DNA of 48,570 nucleotides from Lenisia limosa (Eukaryota > Protista > Breviatea): assembly GCA_001655205.1 (NCBI GenBank), contig LPNZ01009078.1, positions 1 to 48,570 on the forward strand, given 5' to 3'. The notes below the pieces were generated by a model. It saw nothing but the letters and a program-made list of their open reading frames with translations, did not search any database and had not been told where the DNA came from. Position 1 is the stretch's first letter, and every line of letters begins with the position of its first letter. Positions 1 to 13,700 of this stretch are shown here, one piece after another. Made by a program: the position numbers and the translations under genes.

Positions 1-247
1 AAATAAAAAATAAAGTTGTATCCGGCCGAAGCCGTCCACATCATCACGCTTATAAGAGATATTGCATTATAATACTATTAATTCACCCAATCATTTGCCT
101 TAAAACTCTGTGCACACAGCTTTCTGCCTGCCTCCCCAGCATACATAATATATGATATACTATATCACAATATGATATATAGATAGTATACTATACTGTC
201 TGATATTATACCTCTGAAACAGCCCGCTGTGTTATATCAGTCATAAA

Positions 248-1028
248 CTATGCTACATGTATGATATATTTGCAAACATCCCATACTATAGGCACTGAGC
301 AACCTTTGCTGTGAAGATAAAAGGATGTTCTTGAAATATTCAGAGTTAGGCGGCACCTCACATGTTTGTGGAGCATAAGTGCCAATACTGGAGCATGTTG
401 AATCTGCGCAGCTCTAAAGTAGAATTTTAGTGAACATATTATATTGTTTGCTGCAATGCAAATTCTGAGTAGTTGTACGCTCAGGTTCCAACCCCCTCCT
501 ACTCGGTACTCATAAGACGTTAAATACGACGGTCCTTGAATCACGGTTACCAAACGATCCGTTGGAAGGGATAAGAAATAGCTGGTCCATGGAAGAGTGC
601 CTGTTTCACGATACTATACTATTAAACGATCGTGGAGTTGATATTACCAAAAAAAAAAGAGTGGAACGACGGGCGAAAACCTTTCCAACCTGGATGGAGA
701 GGATATGCATCGCACACTGAACCAAAGCCGAAGTGTCGAATCTCATTGCACTGTCCACTGACAGGAGCAGGGCTTGATTTTCGGCCAGGCATACTGGAGG
801 GTGAGAATTCTCCTGGCTCTGGCCCACCCTTCGCAGTGAGGTTGTCAATTTGTGTTTGCATTTCAGCCATTTTCAGGAGAATGGAATTTCCTGGCTGTGA
901 GAAGCCATTCCAAGAGAAAAACACTCACCATTTAGCAATATATCATTCATTTCAACAACTCCATTACTGTTTAAACGGACGGAACTGCCAACGCAAAAGA
1001 GATAAAAGAGGAGCCAAAAAAGCATCAT
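248..1028 (-). CDS. Multi-exon small secreted or membrane protein with a short coiled-coil and a Cys-containing C-terminal part; boundaries uncertain (in-frame upstream ATG at 1226)
   Basis: Hydrophobic start MMLFWLLFYLFCVGSS, donor GTGAGT near 930, then GNSILLKMAEMQTQIDNLTAK...QCNEIRHFGFGSVCDAYPLHPGWK, and further exons GTLPWTSYFLSLPTDRLVTVIQGPSYLTSYEY and SCADSTCSSIGTYAPQT, all bounded by GT-AG. The last-exon frame is ambiguous. Confidence 0.45.
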
Positions 1029-1443
1029 CTCTTCTCTGTGTTTTCCTGCTGTGCGAGGAGGCTGCTGTGCTGTGCAGAGAGCCAAAAGAGAGCTGAAGCT
1101 GGAACACGAAGAGCCTGCGAAGAGCCGGAGAAGGGCAGAAGCCGCCAGAAGTCTGGGTGGTCTGGGGTGGTTCGGTTGTGAGCAAAGTTGGGCCGGCCGG
1201 CCGGGCGCCGGGGGAAATGGAAACACGGCGGCGGTAGTGCGTTTTAAGCGGCTCGACCTCGACAGTTTGGCTCAGTCTCCATGCGGGGGATATAAATCTA
1301 TACATTATAAAAATTAATTTTTTTGAAATGAAACTGAAAAACTGAAAAACTAAGCGGGTACTGCTTATCTTTCTTGATTATCTTAATATTTGTTATTTTT
1401 TTATATATTTTTGAAGAAACGAGAGCTTGATTATTAAAACAAA

Positions 1444-4400
1444 ATGAGGGTGCTTCTTTTTATCGCCCTTTGTCTGGTTCAGGCGGTATTCTCTGTGCCT
1501 GCAGTTACGAACTATGTTTTCCACTACGAAGATTTCGAGGTTGACGACTCGGCCATGAAGGGCTTCCGCATTGAGCTCACTTTCGACCAAGGTAGGTACT
1601 GTGGTTCCCTTTTATTACTCGGATTATCTTTAGTGGTGTTGTTTCACTTAATTCAGATATTGTTTACGACACTGTCAATCCTTCGACTCTTGAGATCACC
1701 AAGGATGGCTTCGAGGAACTCTGGATAGCAACAAATAACACCAACTTTGCCACTATTTCTGTAAGAATTGAGTTGTTTTTGTCTCACTTTTCAGTGCAAT
1801 GGTGCGGACATTTTCACCGACTTTGTCCCCAATCAAGGACCTCCCCTTAACGTCTTCCTGCTCCCTCCTACTGAAGACCCACTTTCCGACCTTCTTATTG
1901 GAATGGACGGTTTGCGGGCCTTTCTTCAATTTGTCTTTTAATTGGTTTGATTATACTTTATTATACGGTTTCGCGTGAGTTTCGCGATTCTTACAGTTTA
2001 GGAGTTTTCTTTGACAACGTGACAATCTCCGACAACAAGCTCGTTCTTATGGCAATTTTGGAGTTTTCTGAAGACAAGAAACGCGAATTTTCATGTAGGT
2101 TCCTTTTCTATTGTTTACTCTTTCAGGGCCTCCTTTCTCCGCTGATTCCGCCTTGGAATGCGCCAAGAACGGTACTCTCACCCTTACATGGAACCCTTCC
2201 TTCCCCTACATCAAGGCTGCTTCAGGTTGGTTGTTTTTGCTTTGCTGTTTTTGTTCTGACCCTTCAGACCTCTCTCTCCCGACTGGTGTGATCACATTTG
2301 ATCAAGCTCACGTCTATGATGCCCCTGCTATGTGTTCTGAAGCTGGTGTAAGTGGGGCGTTCTTCTATGCTCATCCCTGCTGTTGCTAATTGCTTTGCTG
2401 GGTGTTTAGCACTTATATTACAGCTTATGTTCCTTTTTTTTCTGTTTGATTTTGCTTTGAAATGTTTTTTTTTTATTTTGGCTCTTTTTGACTATTTAGC
2501 TGAACATTGCGATGAAACGTATTGATGATGCGATGAAGCGCCTTCGTTTCATGCGTTCCGAGAACTCGATGAGAGTTCTTGGAGGTGCTTTTAACGTAAG
2601 AGGGCCTCTCAGGGCATTACAACTCCTCTTGTACATGATTAACTTCTGTAGGGCCTTTTCCAGCAGCAATCATTCCGCGACTGTATGGAACTGACCAAGT
2701 CCCTGGCCATTCTCGAGGACAAGGAGTATGAAGTCTTTGATGACAGGTGCCATGCCGAAGAGGGAACTTCCATCTTCAACAACGACCCCTGCTGCAACCT
2801 TGGTTGGCTTCATGTGCTGATCCCTGCTCCAACCCTGCTCTGTGGATAGGGCTGACCTTGTAGAGCTTGCACGTTCCATGTGCTGCGCTGAGCGTGAGGC
2901 TAGCGTCATCGAAGAGGCCATTACTGGCAAGTCAGTATGAGGGGCTCTGGCGTCCGTTGGCTCATTCAACATTCCACTTACGATATTGTAGGCCGTGGTC
3001 GACACCTGCGAGTCTCCCACCAAGGTCGGCATCATTATCGACCACTTTAAGGAGTTCACTGAGAAGAACAACAAACAGGAGTCCGGCTGCGACTTCGACT
3101 TTGACGAGTGGGTTGCCTTATATTGCTTCTTGCCACACTTCCCGCTTGACTGACTCCTTAGCCTCGGATTTGACAGAGCTGGACAGTGCCTCCGTGGCCT
3201 TGGCGAATACAACTGGTGCAGAAGCGACGGTTTGCGGCTGAGGAACATTGTGATATATATACCCTGAGTGCCAAGCCTTCGCTTACCTTCCAGACGACTG
3301 CCCCATCTCCTGTGACCAGTCCATTCACCGCTGCACTGGTACTCCCCAAGCTCTTGCCGGGGCCGTCTTCGACTGCTTCATCGAGGAGACTGAGCCCGCC
3401 ATCGTTTTCAAGTTAGCATCGCCCCCCATAGATCCCATCTATCTCAAACCTCATCTTACACAACCCAATTTCTTGTCGCGGATCTACTGACCCTCCAGCA
3501 TGCTCCGCGCTCTCAACGCTCACGAAGGTCTCAGCAGCATGAAGGACAAGTTCGTCGGTGCTGTCATCGGCAACGACTGCCAATTCGGTGAAGAAGTGTA
3601 GGATGGCTTCTGTGCTGATTAGCCATTCCTTTTTGTATGAGATCTCTTACTTTCAAGCCTGTGCCACATTCCTTCTGCCAACCAGGATAGCTGCCAGCAT
3701 TACGGCTGGAGTGCCCGTTGGGTGTACTACCAAGGCGGCATGACTTGCATGTCAGTTGTAATGTTTTTTTTTTGTTAAATTGGCTGTTTTCTTCTTATTT
3801 ATTGCTTAGTGTCCCCACCCGCAAGGACCACTGCGAGCACTTTGAAAAGGAAGGCGCCACCATGCTCAACCCCAAGGCCCACCTCGATGATGTCATGCAG
3901 GCTGACGGCAAGGTCGTTCTCACCGTAAGCGATCGCTGCGTTGGTCTTCACACGTTTAATACTGCGTTGGTCTTCACACAGTTAATACCTTTAAGACATA
4001 ATAAATATACTGTGTTGTTTTGACCATCAGGTTGTTGAGGCCAACAGTGCCGTCTGTACCTCCATGCAGTCTTGCAACTACGACCACTCTCTCGACATGG
4101 GAAGCTGTGAAAGTGAGCAGAGGAGCACCGTTTGTCCGCGTGTGATGATTCTGACATTGCAGCCACTGGCAGCTTCTGCCGCACCGACGAGGAAGGTCGT
4201 CGTGTTGACGAACGCGTTGAATGTGTCGGCATGATGCAATACGATGATGCCTCTTGCTCTGCCGCTGGCGGAGTCATGAGACGCAAATGGGTTTGTGGGC
4301 TTTAAGTGCTGTCTTCTGCTGTGTTGAAGTTGGCAGTGGTGACACTTCTAGGACAATGACGACTCTTGCCTCTTCCCTGAGACCACTGTTGAGACCTGCT

Positions 4401-7400
4401 TTGCAAGAAACGTTGGCCTCTCGTTTTTTTTTTTTTTTTTTTTTTTNNNNNNNNNNNNNNNNNNNNNNNNNNNNNNNNNNNNNNNNNNNNNNNNNNNNNN
4501 NNNNNNNNNTTTCTTTGCTTTACCTCTGCAGCTAAAGTGCCAGCTTCCTTCTGAGCCTCTTGAGGAAGGCGACTACGCACATTGCTGGCAATCAAGCTGC
4601 TACACTGAGGCGGTGGGTCACTGTTTTGATCTTCTCTTCTGTTCCAATTGAGCTCACCGCTCAGAACGCAACTGTATGCGACACCCTCCCCAACCGCGAG
4701 TACCACCAAGTCATTAACGGCAAGGATGTTTGCTTCATCAGTCTCGACCATGAGGAGTGCCCTCTTGCTGGCTACACCTTCCAAGATGGCGTTTACTTCA
4801 CAGCTGGAAAGTTGGCAAGTTTGGGTTGTTTTTTCCTCACTCACCAAACGGTTCTGAGTGTCACACTGTAGCTTCATTTCCAAGGAGACTTGTGAGAACA
4901 ATGTCTGCACTGTCGGAGGCCAAGGCCCCTGCAACGAGGTAACGGGACTCTCTTTATTCAAGAGCAAAAGTTTGTTGATGATCTCTGATCTCTATAGCGC
5001 TCCCACTGCGAAGGCCCCAGCTGCCACTACTGCCGCCCCGGATTCAACGACCAAAGTGACAGCTATGGTGTCTGTGTTCTTCCTGTGAGAGGAGGGGATA
5101 TGAAGTGCTTAAAAGGCTTCATTTGCAAGCCACTGACGAACCAGGGCACTACTGAGACCTGCAATGGCGACAGCAAGAAGTGGGACTACACTGACAACAT
5201 CTGCTACAAGGAGACAACTGAAACCGTAAGCTCCTCAACTGACCTCAAAAACCGTACTTGTTGCCAATGTTGTTCTCATCCCTCAGGATTGTGACCTTCT
5301 TGGTGGTATTATGTACATGTGTACCTACGATCTTGCCGGAGAGTGCAAGTCTGACACTCGTGCCCATCTTCTCAACTGGTTGGTGATGTGACCTCTTTAC
5401 TAAACACAATAATGGTCGAAGTACAATCCTCATTTGAACAGCAAGGAAATTGAACGCTCCTGTGAAAACGAGGAAGACTGCCATGCTTCCCACTCCTGTT
5501 CTGACGACTACATGTTCCACGACGGAGGACTCTGCTTCTTTGACGTATGTTTCAGTGTTGTTGAAATGTTCACCTTGTAGTGATCTGCATTACTTTTTGG
5601 CTTTTCTGTTTATTACGTGTACTGTATCTCACATTGTAGGCTGTGATGAAGGAGGATGCTCATGAGCTCAGAGACACCAGGGAACCCACCCATGACGTAA
5701 GTTTTGTGATATCTATCTGGGGTTATGGTTTGTTTCATTATTTAGGAAATTTTCCACAACGGAGATTCCTCTTCTCTAGACCATTGGGAATATGGCTACG
5801 TGGTCAAGCATGACTACAGAGCCAACATGACCATGTCCATGTGCACAAACAGTAAGCGACTGGTCCCCTGAGTTTCCCGTTGCACCAATGACTGAGCTGA
5901 CCCTCTAGACGGTGGCAAGTGGTTGACTAGGGCCACCAACGAGGAGGAATGTTTGAGCCACATCTTCTGCCGTGAAGACGGCGACACCTTGACCAAGATG
6001 AGCCTTGACGAGTGTGACGCCTGCGGCTATGACGACTACCGCGAAGCTGAGTGGCAGTCCGGCTACTGGCGCAATGGCGAGAGCGTTGCTGCTACCTGGA
6101 CCCCTAAGGAGGTATGTTGCTGGTTTGATTGCGTCTGTTTTATTGTAACCACCAATTTGACACTTCAGTTTGCCCCCACCTATACCTTTGAGGAGTCTGT
6201 CAGGGTCAACCTCATCCAGCAAGCTTTCATGTCTGCCATGTTCCAGAAGATCGGATCCGTATGATGGAAGCTGCTACTCCTATTGTGCGAAACTGTCATA
6301 ATCGTGCGTGACCCTTTCAGTTGTACGAAGTCACCCTCCGTTGCCACTTCGGAATCCAGATGGCCTACATGCCCCGCCTTGCCTGCGATTGTGCTGAAAA
6401 CAAGGAAGGCTGCTTCGGTACTGTTGTCAAGAAGCGCGTTGCCACCCAGGCCGTCAAGGCCCACGTCGCTGCTAAGATTGAACTTCCCTCTGCTTCCGTA
6501 AGCTCTCGCTGTTCTGATAGGCTCTTGTTATACCCTCACATTCTTCTCACGACTTAGGTTGATATCCCCGCCGCCGTGTTCCCCGAGGACGCTGGAGAGG
6601 TTGAGATTACTTTCGACGAGGTCACTGCTGTGAGTGGAGTTATATTTTTGCACCGTCTTTTCTTTGTTATTATACCATTCTTCCAGTTCTTTGCATTCCT
6701 CACCCCTTCCAGCTTGACGTGATCGGCGCTCTTCGTCGTCGTGGCGCTGGCGTATACGCCATCATCAAGGACGGCGAGGGCACTCTTGTCGGCCAACTCT
6801 GTGGGGGGATCTTTTAGGATTTTTTGAGTGGAGGTGTGTGGGAACTTACAATGCCCTAACCCTACAGATGGTGATGGACTTGAGATTGAGTCTTCTGTTG
6901 CCCCCACTGCTGACTTCCAAGTCTGTCTCAAACCTGACACGTGAGTTATTAGGGCGCTACTTAACTCTCTCGTACCGTGTTCCATGCTCACAACGTAGTT
7001 CCATCCCCACTGACGCTGCCTATGTCATCAAGGACTTCTCCAAGGGTGATGCCAATGACAAGCCCGGAGCCCCTCTTGGTGTAAGCGTTCTCTCACTTCT
7101 GTTTTCTCTTCTGATGCATTTCTCACCATTCAGCTTACCATCACTATTGATGGCGACAAGTGGTGCGCTGACGTTGACTCCATGGGTCTCTACTTCCCCA
7201 TTCTCCGCTTGGACGAGTTCGTTCCTGGTTGGTGGTCTACGCAACCTTTGTATTTCCAACCCCCAACTCGTTTTTTTTTGTTTCAATTTTCCATTTTCAC
7301 CCCCCCCCCCCNNNNNNNNNNNNNNNNNNNNNNNNNNNNNNNNNNNNNNNNNNNNNNNNNNNNNNNNNNNNNNNNNNNNNNNNNNNNNNNNNNNNNNNNN

Positions 7401-7449
7401 NNNNNNNNNNGGCGCCTGCCTCGTTGCCCTTCTGGCCCTTCTCTTCTAA
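1444..7449 (+). CDS. Large multi-exon cysteine-rich cell-surface protein with signal peptide and probable GPI-anchor tail
   Basis: Signal peptide MRVLLFIALCLVQAVFS. Dozens of codon-biased exons separated by short T-rich GT-AG introns (e.g. DIVYDTVNPSTLEITK, FNNDPCCNL, ETCNGDSKKWDYTDNICYKETTE, DGDKWCADVDSMGLYFPILRLDEF). Ends in hydrophobic GACLVALLALLF-TAA with no cytoplasmic tail. Two N-gaps inside. Confidence 0.75.
3936..3987. repeat. Intronic tandem duplication, 2 x 26 bp
   Basis: CTGCGTTGGTCTTCACACGTTTAATA followed directly by CTGCGTTGGTCTTCACACAGTTAATA. Confidence 0.85.
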
Positions 7450-7594
7450 TCTCTTCTTTTTGACTATGATACGTGTCCACTTTTGATAACTATACTTTTT
7501 GATTTTGGTGCTTATATATATTTAGTTTTTTGATGGACAACTTGACGGTCAGGGGTTAAGTAATTAATAATATCAGATATGGTGAACGAATATG

Positions 7595-10388
7595 CTACTC
7601 GGCCTCCATTGTGGGGTACTCCAGCTTGATGCTCATAGTATCTGTGTCTTTCGCTGTCAACACTAGCTGGGGAGGGCGTAAAATTGGGGGAAAGAAAACA
7701 ACAAATCAACACACAAGGGTTCAGAAAAACTAAGCCCAATAGCACAAATGTGAAGCAGATGAAAAACTTTGAAAATTGTGAAAATGCCGGGTGCACCCCT
7801 TTTTAACCTCCTCCCTGAATTTATAATTTCACACTCCCCGTTTTCATCATAGCATAGGTACTTTTCCAGCCGACATCACTGGCTTAATTTCTCGTCTTCC
7901 TTCTTCCTTCTAATATCTCTAATATCTCAAGAGGTAAGGAGGAAACAGCGCGGCGGCGGTTGGTTCGTTTGCAAAAAAAAGGGGGCAAATAAAGTTCGCA
8001 ATTAAAATAGTCCCTTCAGTCCCTACAATTGCAATATTGCATTACATCTCACCTCATCTCCAGGCTTGACACCCAGCACTGACATTCGCATAGATAAGTT
8101 CTAGGAGGTGACCAAAGAAAAGTACTGAGTAAAATGAGAGAGTTTGCAATTGTGAATGTGCTGTGACATGCTAATTTCTGATTTGCACAAACCTTCTTTG
8201 TGGCCATTTTGAGAAATGGCGGATTTGACATATAGAGGGTTTTCCCAAGTGATGATATTGCAGGCATTTCAAGATACTTAACTGGGAGGGAGTGAAATAA
8301 AACAATTACCGTAAATGAAATGAGCTCTTTGAAAATAAAGCCTACACTCATCTGTATCTAGGACTTCTTGAAGAGTTGGGTCGTGGTCAAACTTCAGGTT
8401 TTTCTCTTTCAAGCCGCACGTGAGGCAGCCTGGTAAATGTCAGCCGGAACTGAAACCTTCGTGGTAGCAAATTCAAATGTATTTTGGAGCACTAAGCACA
8501 TCACTCTGACCTTCCATCACATCTGTTGAAAGAGTGCAGGAGTAGCCACCATCTGTTCCGTTCCACATACAGAAGTTGTCTAAAAGGGGCATGCCCTGAA
8601 GGGTAATACCTAACCCATCCTCATTAATATGGCAGTATTTTCAGTTCGGCTGAGGGCCTACCATGCAGTACTTGAAAGCTTCAAGGGAAGACTGTGCAGA
8701 CACAATTGAATTGGTCGAGGCTACAGCCGGAATAATGTTACCCGCAACACCCGCTACCATTGCCCTATTCACTCCTGGAAGAGTTACGAAATTTGATCGG
8801 GAGTCGAGTTGTAATTCTATAGTATAATACGCAGACCATGGATTCCATGTTCATTTGCCCGTGCAATTGCGTAGGAAGTCAATAAGTCCACGTGGTCATT
8901 GTTGTCCTTGTCGTATTCTTCATCTACGAGGTAAATTAATATTGCGTAGCGTTAATATGACCTTACCATTGCATTGCTTCCATTTGATCAAAAGGGCCCA
9001 TATCACACAGTGCTGGGGCTGGAACAGTGAGAAAGTGAAGGGATAGAGGAACAAAATATGATAAAAGTCCAAGAAATGCAATATTTTTAGCTTAAGATGC
9101 CAGCAATATCATTTTCCGCAATTGAGGTAGACACACACCTGTCTTGGAGTGGAGGCAACCGTACAGACCGGGACGGTTTCTTTTGCACCAAAGAGATCCG
9201 TTCCGCATTCGAAACAGGGTGTTTCAAAGGGCGAAATGCGGCGACAATGGCCTTGAAACCCTGTCGAAAAGTGAAAATGCTCTATTATTAGTTTTTTTGT
9301 TTGGGGACGGGCAAAATAGACATAATATGATGTAGTGTTAGTATGTGATGTTCACCCGTTGGTTTGGTCATTCCAACTTCCAAACCTTCACTGCCTGCAT
9401 CAATCATCAGGTAAGGGTCCTCTTGTGAGTGCAGCGTGTGGACCAAGGAGTTCACATAACGCCGAGCCTCTACGTTATCCAAGCCTAAGATATTACAGCA
9501 AGGTTTCAAATAGGAAAATTGTCTCGGATAGCAGATTAATTATCGAAGAATAGGCCTTCCTTGGAGCGATTTAGGTATATTATTCCATTTTGTATTGATA
9601 ATGATTCTTAAGTGATTTTGAGAATGGCAAAAGTGGCGTGATTCACGCTTAATATGACACACAATTAATAACAGTGTGTTTCGAATATCCAGAAATATGA
9701 GTAAAAGAGAGAATATGAGATGTACACACCGCACCCACCGCTCAGCATGATTTTAGTTTGTTGCGTCACAGAAGAAGGCTAAAAGGTAAGAGTCAAGGTA
9801 AGCATTAGTTATTGTCCCCCCTATTAATCGAAGCCTACAAGCTGTTCGACTCTTGAAGAGTGACACGTGATTTTAACCCCGGGGTAACGACTTCGAATTG
9901 TTTCAGCCGCGCTCTCAGCCTTCAGCTTTCCAACATGGTGTGGTCTTAGCAGGTTGGAAATTGAAGTAAATAGACAAAGCATGAAATTTATCTGTTTAAT
10001 AAAACCATGTATGAGTAACAAAAACCAAATCAAGGTTGCGTCCATAAAGAGATATATGACACTATTATTGTCCAATAATACTGTCAATATCTTTGTACAC
10101 GCTATTTATAGGACTCTTCAAAAAAGACGTGTCAATTTTCTGAGTTACCTGAAAAGGAACTGCCTATTGAGGTTGGAAGACGAAATCGTGTCCATATCAA
10201 CAATGTGAATGTTTTTGTGCCCTACTCAATCAGAGACAAGGAAGGCAAGAATGTGAAATTTATCCAGAACACAAACAAAAGATACAAGTGTATAAATTTC
10301 TATTCCACCCACCAGCTAAAACGACATTCTTCAAAAGTTCACAGCCGATTCCACCTGCACCAACAAGAAGCAGAGGGGTATCTATCAT
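7595..10388 (-). CDS. UBA3: NEDD8-activating enzyme E1 catalytic subunit (multi-exon)
   Basis: MIDTPLLLVGAGGIGCELLKNVV, DTISSSNLNRQFLF, IDAGSEG, PCFECGTDLFGAKETVPVCTVASTPR with the catalytic Cys, PQHCVIW, GNIIPAVASTNS, LDNFCMWNG, KTLYMSNPP, and last exon LVLTAKDTDTMSIKLEYPTMEAE-TAG. These match UBA3 motifs better than SAE2 or UBA1. Confidence 0.88.
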
Positions 10389-10734
10389 AGTCAACACTTT
10401 GATAAATATCTTTATAAATTTGAGTTTTGGAAATAAGTCTATCCATTTATTATAAAAAGTTGTGGTATTAGACTCATACCTAGAGAAGCAGGACTCGGAT
10501 TGCTGAAGGGGGAAGCCCTTGAAAGCTAGGATATGTCAGACATGAATGTTAAAGGCAAAAACACTTTGCCCAAAATCTCCCCCTATTACATATCTAGGCG
10601 TATAAGCCATCTTTATAGCAGTCAATCAGTGAGTCAGTGAGCGCAATGTTGAATTTTTTTTGGTTTTATAGAGAAGAGATCTTTCGATCTAGTTTCACTA
10701 TAGCCAGATGAAATAAATGAACGTCCCTCTCAGT
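10389..10734. promoter_or_regulatory. Probable bidirectional promoter, UBA3/ADPGK (346 bp between start codons)
   Basis: Head-to-head genes with a short non-coding spacer. Promoter status is inferred from geometry only. Confidence 0.5.
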
Positions 10735-13700
10735 ATGACAACCATTAAGCAAGTTTATGATGATCTTCTCACGGCTTCAGCCCCCATTCGTGAAGAAAAA
10801 CGAGTTCACAAACTCGCTGTTGGGTGAGTTGAAATGTTCCGTATCCGTCTTATCCTCTAGATACAACGCCAATCTTGATATGGTTGTCAATGGCGTGAAA
10901 GTCCTGAAGAATTTGGGCATTTCTGAAAATTCAATTGAACCCAAGGAGCTTGCGCAGATTGATTCAGTTGAAGAATTTGCTGCAGTCTTCCTCTATTGGA
11001 TGCAAAACGCCTCAGCTGCCGAGCGCTACGTCACTTCTAAGGAGATCTTCCAAAAGGCATGATGGGGTTCGAGAATCTTGTCTCCCTATTTGCTCTTATT
11101 ATTTTGCTTTCTCTTTAAAGGTTGGTTATTATAGTATTGTTTTTAAAGGAGGAGGGGGTCATTTTGTGAAGAAGATTTCTGAAAAGACAATTACTCGAAG
11201 TCCTGACGTGTGACGCTCATGTCTTAGATTGTTGACGCTGCCCGCGCCATTCCCGAACATGGCGTGCATATTGGAGGCAACGCCGCACTCATGGCTAATA
11301 AACAGGCCACCAACGGCCACGACGTTCTCCTTGGCGGTCACATCAGTGGGTCCTTCTTGGTCCATCTCCAACCCGTTGATTGCGAAGTGGTTTTTTTTAG
11401 TGTACTTGATTTCCTTTGTTATTTTCAAGGTGGTGAGCTTAAGGCTCTCCTGCACCCCAGCATGAAACTGGCGTCTTCTGCCGGTATGTCGATAGAGTAT
11501 TCATGAGATGATATACAAGAAGAACTTATCAAACCCACATTTTCAACGTGGAATTGTAATTTCCCTTTCTTGCACTGGCATATTCCTGAATTATTTTAAC
11601 CAGTCTTAACGCTTTCAGGTGACGTTGCCGATGAGGTGCACTTGATTCTTGAGTACGGTATGTGGGACTGAGATGAAGGCAAAGAGAAAAAAATCGGATT
11701 ATCTCGTTACAAAGGGTCTTTGTTTTGGTCTGACTTACTGTCCGAAGGAAAAGGTGAAACCTTTGGAACAGTTGGGCCTTGCCACCGTGCCAACCGCTTC
11801 ATTATCCACTCCGATACCGCGTGGGGGGCTTTTGTTTCATTTTATCAGATTTATTAAAAAAAAAAAAAAAAAAACANNNNNNNNNNNNNNNNNNNNNNNN
11901 NNNNNNNNNNNNNNNNNNNNACTACCATTTTAAAAAATCTTCTCTTTTTGTTGATTTTTTCATCCATCTAGCAACGCTGGTTTCGACGGTGTTGCCCCTC
12001 TTCAAGTAGGGGGAGACTTTTTTTACAATTGAGCAGTAGACCAGTCGATTGGGTGAATTTGTATTATTATACTATAACCAGAATTTCATGTAGACGACTT
12101 CGTCCAGATTTATGATCTGTAATTCGAAATACCATGGTCAGTATCTGATCCCCACAGGCATCACTTGAGTCCTTCGGCCCTTCAGGTTACCTTATTTCGG
12201 GCTTCCATCTGCTCGAGTCTCTTGTAAGCTTCTACATTTAACCTTAGTATCCACTGTCCTACCCTATTGTTATCACCTATATCAGCCTTCCGTCACTCGC
12301 ACTGCCACCATCGATAGATGGCAAAACGCTGCAGTCCAAGTTCCCACAAACGTAGGAATGATGGTCACGATCAATGATCTTGAACCCCATTGATTGTCTC
12401 CAGATTGCAATGCATGTTGAGCTCGCGTCCGTAGCCGAAGTCGCCTTCTATGGTCAGCTGTTCAACTCCATTTCCTACGCTGTCGACTCTCTTGGACTCA
12501 ATGAGCAAGGTGGGCCTATGGTATTGGCTGAAGTGCGCGGAACACAATCGAATGCTGATGTTGATGTAATCATCTTCATCCTGATCAGTCAGATCACTAT
12601 CTGGTCAATATCAACTTGGCCAATTTCTTGATTATTTGTTTGGAAAGTTTATTTTTAACTGAAAATGATTCGCTTTTTTTACCTGGTATCAGAGCTTGCC
12701 CTTCTCTGTGAGGCCCGCGGCCTTGAAGTTGACATCACCAAGCCGGCTTCAGTTGCCAAGGTTCTCAAGATCCTTATCACTGACGCCCGCAAGCAGGTCT
12801 GAATCATGTCAATGTTGCCTTGTTTTGCGGTGCTGAAGAAGCGACTCTGGGCTTGATTTGTTTTGTTGTTATCAACCCTCTTATATTTCATAAATATTCC
12901 AATTTTACTCCCCNNNNNNNNNNNNNNNNNNNNNNNNNNNNNNNNNNNNNNNNNNNNNNNNNNNNNNNNNNNNNNNNNNNNNNNNNNNNNNNNNNNNNNN
13001 NNNNNNNTCCTTCGTTTTACTCCCCCCCCTCCCCCAGGACTTCAAGCGTAATGGTCTGACCCGCATTCACTTCCACAGCCTTCCTTTCCACCTTCTTGTC
13101 CAAGTTTGAGGCTGGGACTTTGCGTTCGTTGCTGCTCCTTTTCCTGTTCTTCTATTGCGCCTGTTTCTCTCCTAATTTGGTTGCTTTTCGATTTGCCTTC
13201 GACTTTGTGGTCAGTCCGGCCCGTCTGACCTACCTCAGATTCCCTCACCCCTCTGGCGTGAAACCCTTGTTGCTGCCTCAGCTGCTTCCGTTGCTGCCAC
13301 CCGTCAAGCTTCTGGAACCGAAACTGTGAGCAAGGGGTGGTTATCTCAGGATAAATATTCGTTTTTGTTCTGCGAATGAAGTACTTATCGCCATAGTCTG
13401 ACTTCCCGATTGATGGAGTTGACCTCCTTGTCTCCCTCGACTCATATGATGGCCTTGGCTGGTATGGGATCAAAGCACTGTCTGGCGTTAACATTCATTG
13501 CCACTCTGTTGCCCCTGCTTAACCCAGCAGCAAGTCCCTTGTCCACTCCTGGAAGATGGATGACCTGGAGGCGGCTGTGGTCCCGGTTCTTGTGGCACAG
13601 GTGTGGTGGGTACAATGATCCAATGTGATGTTAGACTTTTGACATCAGTTACAATAAGTAAGGTTTTTTTTTGTTATGTTTTACACAGCAGAAAATTGTC

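Noticed and set aside
1030-1050. ACAGAGAAGA on the minus strand resembling the U6 snRNA box
   Set aside because: The flanks do not match U6 (no following TTAGCATGG).
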